Of a DNA stretch of 64,000 nucleotides, positions 51,190 to 60,323 are shown piece by piece. Under the pieces are notes generated by a model that was not told the DNA's origin, ran no database searches, and was given only the letters and a program-made list of their open reading frames with translations. The stretch comes from Promethearchaeota archaeon (GTDB taxonomy: Archaea > Asgardarchaeota > Lokiarchaeia > Sigyniarchaeales > SOKP01), in NCBI GenBank assembly GCA_048941285.1, contig JBHLNS010000001.1:1-64000 (forward strand), in the 5' to 3' direction. The stretch's first letter is position 1. The number at the start of each line of letters is the position of its first letter. The translations under genes and the position numbers were made by a program.

Positions 51190-52161
51190 TTGCCTGTTAA
51201 ATTTGTGATAAATAGCATGAAAATTGAAAAATCAAGTCAAGATCTCGAAAATGAAGTAATTTATGCAGGACTTTGTATTCATTGTGGTTCTTGCAATGCA
51301 TTCTGTCCACATATGGACTTTAATCTTGACACGGGAGAAGCTTATGTAGTGGATGAGTGTGCTGAAACTGTTGGACTCTGTTACAATGCTTGTCCAAGAA
51401 CATTTTTGCCTATATCGGAAATTGAGACGAAAATGTTCGGAAAAACTCGTATAGATTTAGCTGTTGGAGTTTATAAAGATATAATTCAAGTAAAATCAAA
51501 AAATAAGGATGATATATTATATAATCTAGTAGTGGCGGGTTTTGAAACAGGAATTGTAAAACATATGGTTCTAAGCGAAGTTAAAAGTAAAAAACCTCCT
51601 GTGGCATTTCCAGTTGTAGTGGATAATGCAAAAAATGCAAAAAAATTTATACCTAAAGCTACAATGGAGAACGCAGGGCCTTTAATTACGGGAATTGGTA
51701 AAGCCTACAAGGATTATAAACGAGATATTGGCATTATAGGTAATCCTTGCCATCTTCAAGGTCTTGCAAAAATTCTTACATCAGATTTCAACACTGGAGC
51801 AGAACGCACAACTTTAAAAATAGCCTATGCTTGTTCTTCAGGAGGAATGACTGGTTGTAAATATTGTACTGACTTCTCAGGAGAATTTTCAGACATTTCA
51901 TACTCCCCTTGGGGTGCTCCAAAAGGTTCTGGCGAAGCATTCCTTATAATTAGAACTGATATCGGCCAAAAATTAGTTGATTACGCAGTTAAAAAAAAAT
52001 TAATTGAAATCACTAATCCAAACCCTGATTTATCTGAGATGAAGAAGTTTTTAAATAAAAAACGCAAAAAAAATTTCTTAACTCTTTTAAGTAAGGATTT
52101 AATAAAAGCTAAATACTTAAATCTTAATGTTGACGAGTTAAAGGATATTCTGGAAGATTAA
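51190..52161 (+). CDS. FrhB/FdhB-like (F420 hydrogenase beta family) Fe-S protein, shortened
   Basis: CIHCGSCNAFCP, C..CYNACPR, GNPC, GCKYCTDF..FSDIS, IIRTDIG; start probably ATG 51217. Confidence 0.8.
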   Translation: MPVKFVINSMKIEKSSQDLENEVIYAGLCIHCGSCNAFCPHMDFNLDTGEAYVVDECAETVGLCYNACPRTFLPISEIETKMFGKTRIDLAVGVYKDIIQVKSKNKDDILYNLVVAGFETGIVKHMVLSEVKSKKPPVAFPVVVDNAKNAKKFIPKATMENAGPLITGIGKAYKDYKRDIGIIGNPCHLQGLAKILTSDFNTGAERTTLKIAYACSSGGMTGCKYCTDFSGEFSDISYSPWGAPKGSGEAFLIIRTDIGQKLVDYAVKKKLIEITNPNPDLSEMKKFLNKKRKKNFLTLLSKDLIKAKYLNLNVDELKDILED

Positions 52162-52349
52162 TCCTTTCTTTTTTATTTTTTTATATTCTTTTTGCTAATT
52201 AAAACCCTTTTTTTTCCCAAAAGTGATAATTTAATTATCATTCGCAAATTAAATATAAAAGCAGTTCAATCTATTATTTATAGAAAAAAAATTAATTACG
52301 ATTAAAATTTATTATATTAATAGTAATTTTTTAATACAAGTCAAATAGA

Positions 52350-52883
52350 ATGTTAACGCGCAAATTACTTTTTAAAATTGTCGTAGTGGGAGATGGAGGA
52401 GTAGGAAAAAGTACTATGGTACAAAGATTAATCACAGGACAGTTTATTCCTCAAAAAATTACTATTGGGACAGATCTCGCGATCCATAGGATTAAAATCA
52501 ATAAAGAGATCTCAACCAATCTCCAGATCTGGGATTTTGCAGGAGAACGACGTTTCAGAATTTTTTTACCTAATTATTCTCGAGGAGCAACAGGATGTTT
52601 ATTATGTTATGATATTACAAGGCAAAGTAGTTTTGATAATCTAGAAGAATGGTATCAAATCGTCAATAATAATGCTGACAATCCTGTATTTATTTTAGTG
52701 GGTGAAAAAGCAGACTTAGGGGATATCAGGAGAAGTGTTGACCATGAACAAGCAGAAGAATTTAAAGCAAAATACAATATTGATTACTTTGTAGAGACTT
52801 CTTCTAAAAGCGGAGAAAATAATCAAAAAATATTTGAAATCTTAACACGTTCGATTTTAAAAAAAAGGGGTCATATAGATTAG
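52350..52883 (+). CDS. Rab-like small GTPase
   Basis: FKIVVVGDGGVGKS, TIG, QIWDFAG, YDIT..SF.NL..W, ETSSK. Confidence 0.92.
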   Translation: MLTRKLLFKIVVVGDGGVGKSTMVQRLITGQFIPQKITIGTDLAIHRIKINKEISTNLQIWDFAGERRFRIFLPNYSRGATGCLLCYDITRQSSFDNLEEWYQIVNNNADNPVFILVGEKADLGDIRRSVDHEQAEEFKAKYNIDYFVETSSKSGENNQKIFEILTRSILKKRGHID

Positions 52884-52918
52884 GATTTTATAAAAACTTA
52901 ATTGGCAAATAAATTCTT

Positions 52919-53791
52919 TCATTCTCTATTTAATTGTTCTTTAATTCTTTTATTCAATGATTTAAGATTTTCAATTATTTTAATTTGAAAGGGTCTAGGC
53001 AAGGGTTCTAGAATTTCATCCAATTTTTCTTTGCTAATTCTATTAATATTTTTATAACTCCTCATCAGAAAAAAAATCGTTAAACTTGGTGAAATAAAGA
53101 GAAATCCAAAGAAAAAGTAAGAAATTGTTATAAGCTGAGAACCAGGTAGGAATAATTGAATTCCAAGATTACCATCATTTATGAAAAAAAGAATTATGAT
53201 ATTCAGTATGTTTAAACCAATAAAAACCAGGAATGTGATATAATTAATTATTCTAATATTATTCAATGGAAGATATGAAATTATCTTTTTTACATCCTGA
53301 GAAAATGGAACAGTTGATTTTCCTTTAGAAATATCCATTAGGATTTCTATCCTCGTGTATTTCCATGAATCAATAAAAATCCAAAAGAAACTAAATGTAT
53401 ACAAAAAGATAAAAAATCCCAAAAAGTACGAGAAATAATTATCGACTAAGTGAGAATTATATAGCGACTCTCCACCAATCCAAAAAATTAAAATTAACTG
53501 GAAGAGTGAGCAATAAAATAACCTATCTGCATGTTTTCTTTCAAAACCTAAAGGATTATAAATAATAGAACTGTTCTTAAATTCCGTTTTCATCTTATTA
53601 GTACTAATAATTCTAAAAAACAATGAAAATATAAACGTTATTAAAGGAAATAATAATAAGAATATATTTTGCCATCCTTGACCTATGATTAAGATGAATA
53701 AAAACGTAAACAAAATCAAATCTCTTAAAAGACTCTCAGAGATAATGTTTTTCAATGACAAATAATCATTACTATTATTTTTTTCTTTCAT
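52919..53791 (-). CDS. Multi-pass membrane protein, unknown function
   Basis: About six hydrophobic segments. Confidence 0.7.
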   Translation of the reverse strand: MKEKNNSNDYLSLKNIISESLLRDLILFTFLFILIIGQGWQNIFLLLFPLITFIFSLFFRIISTNKMKTEFKNSSIIYNPLGFERKHADRLFYCSLFQLILIFWIGGESLYNSHLVDNYFSYFLGFFIFLYTFSFFWIFIDSWKYTRIEILMDISKGKSTVPFSQDVKKIISYLPLNNIRIINYITFLVFIGLNILNIIILFFINDGNLGIQLFLPGSQLITISYFFFGFLFISPSLTIFFLMRSYKNINRISKEKLDEILEPLPRPFQIKIIENLKSLNKRIKEQLNRE

Positions 53792-53889
53792 TTTCTTTAT
53801 TAAAAATACTTAATAAATAAATTTTTATGATTTCTACTATTCCATAATATAACTCAAACACATTTGGACTGTAATTTTGTGTAGAAATT

Positions 53890-54987
53890 ATGAATGCTAA
53901 ACTAATAGAAGATAAAAAAACTCCTCTCTACGAGACTCATTTAAGCCATGGTGCGCGTATGATCAGTTTTGCTGGATGGATGATGCCAGTTCAATATGAG
54001 AGCATTGTAAAAGAACATGAAGCAGTTCGTTCTAATGTTGGTGTTTTTGACATATCACATATGGGAGAATTTCTTCTTGAAGGTGAAGATGTAACTGATT
54101 TTCTTCAGTATATAATGATAAATGATCTTAATTTATTAGAACCATCTAAAGGACAATATTCTTGTATGTGCTATGAAAATGGAACCGTTGTAGATGATCT
54201 CGTTTATTATGAGGAAAATGCAAAAAGGTTTAGAATGATTGTCAACGCAATTAATATCGAAAAAGATCTACAATGGTTGAATGATCATATTGATAAAAGA
54301 GACGTAAAAATAATAAATCTTTCAGAAAAAAGGACTCGTTTAGCTTTTCAAGGCCCCAAGGCAGATAAATTACTTCAACACTTAGTGAATGTAGATTTGT
54401 CAAAAATCAACCGATTCTATTTTTCCCATTGCACTATCAACAACAATCCTGTGTTTCTAGCAAGAACCGGCTATACGGGGGAAAGAGGATTTGAAATTTC
54501 TTTTGAAAATAGATATGCTGAAAGAATATGGAATGATTTAATAGAGATTGGAGCTACTCCTGTAGGATTAGGTGCAAGAGATTCTTTAAGATTAGAAGCT
54601 TGTTATTCACTTTATGGGCACGAGATAAGCGATTCTATTACTCCTATTGAGGCAGGTCTTTTTTGGTTAGTGAAACCAAAAGAGGGAATTAATTATATAG
54701 GAAAAGAAGTTTTATTGAAGCAAAAATCTGAAGGAACAGAAAGAGTATTAGTAGGTTTAGGTCTAATTGATAAGGGAATTATCAGAGAGAAATATAAAAT
54801 CTTTAAGGATGGAACTGAAATTGGATTTGTTACATCTGGGGGATATTCACCAACGCTTAAAAAGACTATCGGTTTAGGATTTGTAAAAAAACAGTTTAAC
54901 GCACTAGGTACTGAAATCGACATTGAAATTCGCAATAAATTCTCAAGAGGAGAAATCATACCTACACCATTTTACCGCAATGTGTAA
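53890..54987 (+). CDS. gcvT: Glycine cleavage system T protein (aminomethyltransferase)
   Basis: KTPLY, FAGW.MP, FDISHMG, RTGYTGE.GFE, GLGARDSLRLEA. Confidence 0.96.
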   Translation: MNAKLIEDKKTPLYETHLSHGARMISFAGWMMPVQYESIVKEHEAVRSNVGVFDISHMGEFLLEGEDVTDFLQYIMINDLNLLEPSKGQYSCMCYENGTVVDDLVYYEENAKRFRMIVNAINIEKDLQWLNDHIDKRDVKIINLSEKRTRLAFQGPKADKLLQHLVNVDLSKINRFYFSHCTINNNPVFLARTGYTGERGFEISFENRYAERIWNDLIEIGATPVGLGARDSLRLEACYSLYGHEISDSITPIEAGLFWLVKPKEGINYIGKEVLLKQKSEGTERVLVGLGLIDKGIIREKYKIFKDGTEIGFVTSGGYSPTLKKTIGLGFVKKQFNALGTEIDIEIRNKFSRGEIIPTPFYRNV

Positions 54988-55022
54988 TAATCAAAAAATT
55001 TAGCAAAAAAAGGTGCAAATTA

Positions 55023-55418
55023 ATGGATTATGAATTTCCTAATGAATTAAAATATGCCTTAACTCATGAATGGATTAAGATTGAGGATTCAGTAGCAACA
55101 GTTGGAATTACTGATTATGCTCAAAAACAATTAGGTGATATTGTATTTGTTGAACTTCCTGAAATTGGAATGGTGTTTGAAAAAGGAAGTAATGCTGTAG
55201 AAATTGAATCCGTAAAAGCTGTTGGGGATTTAATCATGCCACTATCAGGTGAAATCATAGCTACAAACGAACATCTAGCTGATAATCCTGAAATTGTTAA
55301 TTCCTCCCCCTATGAAAAGGGATGGATGATTAAAATCAAATTTTCTCACCCAAGTGAAATAGATGAGCTTTTATCTATAGAAGAATATAAAAATATAATC
55401 CAAAAGGAAAAACATTAA
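55023..55418 (+). CDS. gcvH: Glycine cleavage system H protein
   Basis: HEW, GITDYAQ..LGD, ESVKA lipoyl-lysine motif, PYEKGW. Confidence 0.96.
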   Translation: MDYEFPNELKYALTHEWIKIEDSVATVGITDYAQKQLGDIVFVELPEIGMVFEKGSNAVEIESVKAVGDLIMPLSGEIIATNEHLADNPEIVNSSPYEKGWMIKIKFSHPSEIDELLSIEEYKNIIQKEKH

Positions 55419-55448
55419 AAATTTTTTCTTTATAGTTTTATTTAATTT

Positions 55449-56819
55449 TTGAATAATTTATTAATTGAGTTGTTTAAATTGGATTTTGTACCTCATGATG
55501 ATAAAACAATTGGAGAAATGTTAAATGTAATAGGTGTTAAATCTTTACAAGAACTATTTTTAGATGTCCCTAGTGATCTAATTATCGAAAATCTTAAAAT
55601 ATCATCCGGATTATCTGAACCAGATCTTATAAGACAGATAAAAAAAATTGTTCAGAAAAATAAAGTATATACAAATTCTTTTTTAGGAGCTGGTTGTTAT
55701 TTTCATTATATCCCCTCCTTAGTTGATTTTGTAACTTCTCGATCAGAATTCTATACCGCTTATACACCATATCAAGCTGAAGCAAGTCAAGGATATTTAC
55801 AAGCTATTTATGAATTTCAAACAATAATTTCAAGATTAACTCAAATGGATGTTGCTAATGCAAGTATGTATGATGGATCAACCGCTCTTGCAGAAGCAGC
55901 AATAATGTCAACCAATATTACAAATAAAAGTTCTGTAATTTTACTTGAAGGAATTCATCCCGAATATTTAGATGTTATTAAAACCTATTGTTGGGGGCAA
56001 AGTATAAATCTAGAATTTGCCAATGAACAAACTCTGATTGAATTATTATCAAATGATAGTGCCGCATTAATATTTCAAAGTCCTAACTTCTTCGGTGATA
56101 TTGAAGATGTTAATAAAATTGTAAAAAATGTTAAAGATAAATATCCGAATTGTTTAATTATTCAAGTTATGACAGATCCAACATGTCTGGGAATATTAGA
56201 AACACCAGGTGCCAATGATATTGACATTTTTATTGCTGAAGGTCAATCTTTTGGCATAACTCCTTCTTTTGGTGGTCCAGGATTAGGAATATTTACTTCT
56301 AAACAAAAATATCTAAGAAAGATGCCAGGAAGACTTATTGGTAAAACAAAAGAAATAAATGGTGAAAAGTTAGGCTTTATTTTAACACTACAAGCACGTG
56401 AACAGCATATACGACGAGAAAAAGCAAGCTCAAATATATGCACAAACCAAGCATTGTGTTCATTAGCAGCATTAACATATCTTTTAGCATTAGGAAGAAC
56501 CGGTTTGAAAGAAATTGCTAATCAAAACATTCAAAAAACACATTATTTAAAGCAAGAACTTAGTAAAATCCCTGGATATAAAATATTAAATAAGAAACCA
56601 ACATATAATGAATTTTTACTCAAGTGTCCTAATATTGAATCCTTAATCGATTATTGTATAAAAAAAGAACTATTACCTCCCTTAAAAATTTCAAATTATT
56701 ATCCTAAAATGAAAAATGTTGCTTTAGTGTGTGTAACAGAAATGAATTCAAGACAATCAATGAATAATTTCCTTGAAGCGGCTCGTTCTGCTTCGAAAAA
56801 TAACAGGGAGGGATCATAA
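55449..56819 (+). CDS. gcvPA: Glycine dehydrogenase subunit 1
   Basis: FLGAG.Y.H, YTPYQAE.SQG, NASMYDG, FGGP, REQHIRREKASSNICTNQ; start may be TTG 55479. Confidence 0.95.
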   Translation: MNNLLIELFKLDFVPHDDKTIGEMLNVIGVKSLQELFLDVPSDLIIENLKISSGLSEPDLIRQIKKIVQKNKVYTNSFLGAGCYFHYIPSLVDFVTSRSEFYTAYTPYQAEASQGYLQAIYEFQTIISRLTQMDVANASMYDGSTALAEAAIMSTNITNKSSVILLEGIHPEYLDVIKTYCWGQSINLEFANEQTLIELLSNDSAALIFQSPNFFGDIEDVNKIVKNVKDKYPNCLIIQVMTDPTCLGILETPGANDIDIFIAEGQSFGITPSFGGPGLGIFTSKQKYLRKMPGRLIGKTKEINGEKLGFILTLQAREQHIRREKASSNICTNQALCSLAALTYLLALGRTGLKEIANQNIQKTHYLKQELSKIPGYKILNKKPTYNEFLLKCPNIESLIDYCIKKELLPPLKISNYYPKMKNVALVCVTEMNSRQSMNNFLEAARSASKNNREGS

Positions 56820-58258
56820 TCATATTTTCTAATATTGAATTAATTTTTGAAAAAGAAATTGAGAATGAACTCAATAATTTTGTTCCTCAAATAGATATTG
56901 AAGAAGTTGATATCAATGAAATTTTACCAAAAAATCTACAAAGAAAAGAGTTACCAATACCAAATATTCCAGAAATTGAAATAGTTCGTCACTTCATCAA
57001 TTTAAGTTACAGAAATTATGGTGTAGATACAGGAATATATCCATTAGGCTCCTGTACCATGAAATATAATCCTAAAATAAATGAAAATATCGTAAGATTG
57101 CCTGAGATTACTCATATTCACCCTTTACAAGAAGAAAATAGCGGTTGTCTTGAATTAATTCATCATATCTCCAAATTATTGGGAGAAATAACTGGTATGG
57201 ATGGATTTACAATGCAACCAGCAGCAGGAGCTCATGGAGAGTTAGTTGGTTTATTAATAATAAAAAAATATTTTGAGAGAAAAGGTATTAAAAAAGATAA
57301 AATTATAGTACCCGACTCTGCTCATGGAACTAATCCTGCTTCAGCAAAAATGGCTGGATTTTCAATTATTGAAATACAGTCAAATGAACACGGAGAAGTT
57401 CCATTAGATAAATTAAAGTTTGCTATGGAAGAAGGTGATGTTGCTGGTATTATGCTTACCAATCCAAATACACTTGGGGTTTTTGATAGACAAATTAAGC
57501 AGATCACAAGAATTGTTCATGAAAATGGAGGTTTATGCTACTACGACGGAGCAAATTTAAATCCAATGTTGGGAATATGTCGTCCTAGAGATATGGGATT
57601 TGATATTATTCATTTAAATTTACATAAAACCTTTTCCACTCCACATGGTGGTGGTGGTCCAGGATCAGGCCCTGTTGGGGTTGTAGATGAGCTTATTCCT
57701 TTTCTTCCCGAACCATGCTTAATTTCAACTCAAAAAGGGATTATTTGTAAAGAAAAAAGTGATAAGTCAATAGGCAGAATTAAAGCCTTTTGGGGTAATT
57801 TTGGGGTAATCGTTAGAGCTTATGCCTATATTTTAGCCTTAGGGGCTGAAGGCTTGAAAAGAGTAGGTCAAATCTCTGTTTTAAATGCTAATTATTTAAG
57901 AGTTCTTTTACAAGAGAAATACGATCTTCCTTTTCACCGAATGTGCCAACATGAATTTATTCTCTCAGATCGGTCAATGCCGAATGAAATTACAACAGAA
58001 GATATAGCAAAACGTATTCTCGATTATGGAATATATGCTCCCACTATATATTTTCCATTGATAATTTCTGGTGCTTTAATGATAGAACCCACTGAAACTG
58101 AATCAAAAAAATCATTAGATTATTTTGTAGAAGTAATGAATAAAATTTACGAAGAAGCTAAGAAAAATCCTGAAATTCTGAAAAAAGCGCCCCAAAATAT
58201 GCCTGTAAAACGTTTAGATGCTGTCTTAGCTGCTAGAAAACCTATATTACATGATTAA
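56816..58258 (+). CDS. gcvPB: Glycine dehydrogenase subunit 2; conserved N-terminus begins upstream of the track ORF at ATA/ATC
   Basis: Upstream in-frame LIFEK...EIVRHFINLS.RNYGVDTGIYPLGSCT continues into MKYNP; also QPAAGAHGE, AHGTNPAS, HKTFSTPHGGGGPG, IEPTE. Confidence 0.92.
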   Translation: MIIFSNIELIFEKEIENELNNFVPQIDIEEVDINEILPKNLQRKELPIPNIPEIEIVRHFINLSYRNYGVDTGIYPLGSCTMKYNPKINENIVRLPEITHIHPLQEENSGCLELIHHISKLLGEITGMDGFTMQPAAGAHGELVGLLIIKKYFERKGIKKDKIIVPDSAHGTNPASAKMAGFSIIEIQSNEHGEVPLDKLKFAMEEGDVAGIMLTNPNTLGVFDRQIKQITRIVHENGGLCYYDGANLNPMLGICRPRDMGFDIIHLNLHKTFSTPHGGGGPGSGPVGVVDELIPFLPEPCLISTQKGIICKEKSDKSIGRIKAFWGNFGVIVRAYAYILALGAEGLKRVGQISVLNANYLRVLLQEKYDLPFHRMCQHEFILSDRSMPNEITTEDIAKRILDYGIYAPTIYFPLIISGALMIEPTETESKKSLDYFVEVMNKIYEEAKKNPEILKKAPQNMPVKRLDAVLAARKPILHD

Positions 58259-58346
58259 CAGTATAAATTTTTAAATTTTTAAAGTCTATAGCAATATAAA
58301 TTCTAAATTAGTATGAAAATTATAAATTAGATTTTGGTGTACAAAA

Positions 58347-60323
58347 ATAAATTATTTATCTTTTTTCCCTTACGATAAATTCAGAGAAAATCAGGAAAAA
58401 ATCATTAAACAGATTGAAGAAAGTTCAAGATCTAAAAAACTAATTCTATTATTAGCTCCTAATGGTACAGGAAAGACAATTATTGCTTTATCTAGCCTAC
58501 TTCCTTTGGCTTTTGAGAAAAACCTAAAAATTGTTTATATGTGTCGGACACACTCTCAAAATCGGAGAGTAATAAAAGAATTGATAAAAATTTCAAATAA
58601 GATTGCTAAAGAGGATGTTAATTTCAAACTTAATGCGCTCTCAATTAGAGGCAGAAATGAGATGTGTTTAAATACAACATTATTATCTCTTAAATTAAAT
58701 CCAAGGGAAGCTATGTCCGTTTGTAGTGATTTAAGAAAAAATAGAAATTGTATTTATTTTCTAAATTTATTAAAAAAAAGGGGTCAAATTGAAAATCCAT
58801 TATCAATCGCGCCAGAATTATTTAATAAACCAATTGATGCTGAAGATTTGATAATATTCTGTAAAGAACATAAATTTTGTCCTTACTTCTTGAGTAAATT
58901 CTTACTTGAAGAAATGAAAGTTATCATTTGTAATTATCAATGGATTTTTAATCCTTTTATTCGTGAATCTTTTTTAGAATTCATTGGAAAAGAACTTCAA
59001 AATTGTATCTTAGTATTAGATGAATGTCATAATATAATTGACATTGCAACAGAAATTAATTCAAAAAAAATTACACCTTACTCATTAAGATTATGTTTAA
59101 AGGATCTTGAAATGTATAGATCGCCAGTTCTAATGCAGAGTTTCGCACAAATATTATTAAATCAACTACAAGTAAAAAAAAAGAATTTAAGAGTAAGAGA
59201 AAAAGCAATACAACCAGATAAGTTTTTAATATCAATTTGTAGAAAATTAGGATTTTCTGACCTAAATGGATTTAAGAATTTTATTGAAGAGCTTCATGAT
59301 TTCAGTGTATCAATTCATGAGGAAAAAATGGCAAATGGGGAAATATCTAGAGATTTTGTTGGTTCATTGGCAGAATTTTGGTTAAAGTGGTTAGACACAT
59401 TTTCGCTTGAAAATTATTTCTTCTGTTATAACGTTAAAGAGAATAAAGGAAAAAGTTTAATCTCACTTGAAATTGTAGCCTTAGACCCTAGAGAAATTGC
59501 TATTCCTATATTGAAAAAAAGTTTTACTTGCTTAAATCTCTCTGGAACAGTAAATCCTTTTGTTTATAATAATTTAATGGGACTGAATGAGTGTGGTAAG
59601 AGTTATAAGGGAATTATTGCTGATTCACCATTTAGTAATAAAAACATTAAGGCTATTATAACAGAAGGAGTAGATACTAAACGAGATAGTAGGAATCCGA
59701 CTATGTTCAAAAAAATGATAGATAAAATTGATGAAGTTTTGCAAAGCACTCCTGCAAATATTGGAATTTTTTGTGCATCATATAAAATCCTTAAGGGATT
59801 GTTAACAAATGGACTTGAAAATATCATAATTAAAAATAAAAAAAAATTATTTATTGAGGAATCTGGATTGTCAGCCTCAGAAAATGCTTTATTAGTTGAT
59901 GATTTCAAAAATATGGCTTCAAATGGCGGTGCTGTCTTATTAGGTGTCTGTGGAGGTAGAAATTCAGAAGGAGAGGACTATCCTGGAGATTTTATGAACG
60001 CAGTAATAATTGCAGGATTTCCATATCATTTACCAACCCCTAGAGTAGATGCAAAAATAAAATATTATGATAAAGTGTTTAAAAGACAAGGTTGGAATTT
60101 CGCTTACTTGTATCCCGCTGTGCAGAGAGCAAATCAAGCTTCTGGAAGACCTATAAGAAAAATTTCTGATAAAGGGGTGATAGTTTTCATGGATAGCAGA
60201 TTTAAATCAAAACATAAATGGATTTCTGATTGGATAAGGAAAGAAATAGAAATAATTCCTGATATCCCAAATGTTATATTTCAGAACTTATCCAGTTTCT
60301 GGAAGGTTAAGAAACCTGTTTAG
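58347..60323 (+). CDS. xpd: XPD/Rad3 Fe-S DNA helicase; N-terminus (Q motif, Walker A) lies upstream of the track ORF, probable ATA start
   Basis: In-frame NYLSFFPYDKFRENQ...APNGTGKT; RTHSQ; four Fe-S cysteines; DECH; SGT; SEGED; QASGRPIR. Confidence 0.9.
   Translation: MNYLSFFPYDKFRENQEKIIKQIEESSRSKKLILLLAPNGTGKTIIALSSLLPLAFEKNLKIVYMCRTHSQNRRVIKELIKISNKIAKEDVNFKLNALSIRGRNEMCLNTTLLSLKLNPREAMSVCSDLRKNRNCIYFLNLLKKRGQIENPLSIAPELFNKPIDAEDLIIFCKEHKFCPYFLSKFLLEEMKVIICNYQWIFNPFIRESFLEFIGKELQNCILVLDECHNIIDIATEINSKKITPYSLRLCLKDLEMYRSPVLMQSFAQILLNQLQVKKKNLRVREKAIQPDKFLISICRKLGFSDLNGFKNFIEELHDFSVSIHEEKMANGEISRDFVGSLAEFWLKWLDTFSLENYFFCYNVKENKGKSLISLEIVALDPREIAIPILKKSFTCLNLSGTVNPFVYNNLMGLNECGKSYKGIIADSPFSNKNIKAIITEGVDTKRDSRNPTMFKKMIDKIDEVLQSTPANIGIFCASYKILKGLLTNGLENIIIKNKKKLFIEESGLSASENALLVDDFKNMASNGGAVLLGVCGGRNSEGEDYPGDFMNAVIIAGFPYHLPTPRVDAKIKYYDKVFKRQGWNFAYLYPAVQRANQASGRPIRKISDKGVIVFMDSRFKSKHKWISDWIRKEIEIIPDIPNVIFQNLSSFWKVKKPV

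Noticed and set aside
60307-60323. 17-bp convergent overlap of the xpd and MFS 3' ends
   Set aside because: Common in compact archaeal genomes; no evidence of a special function
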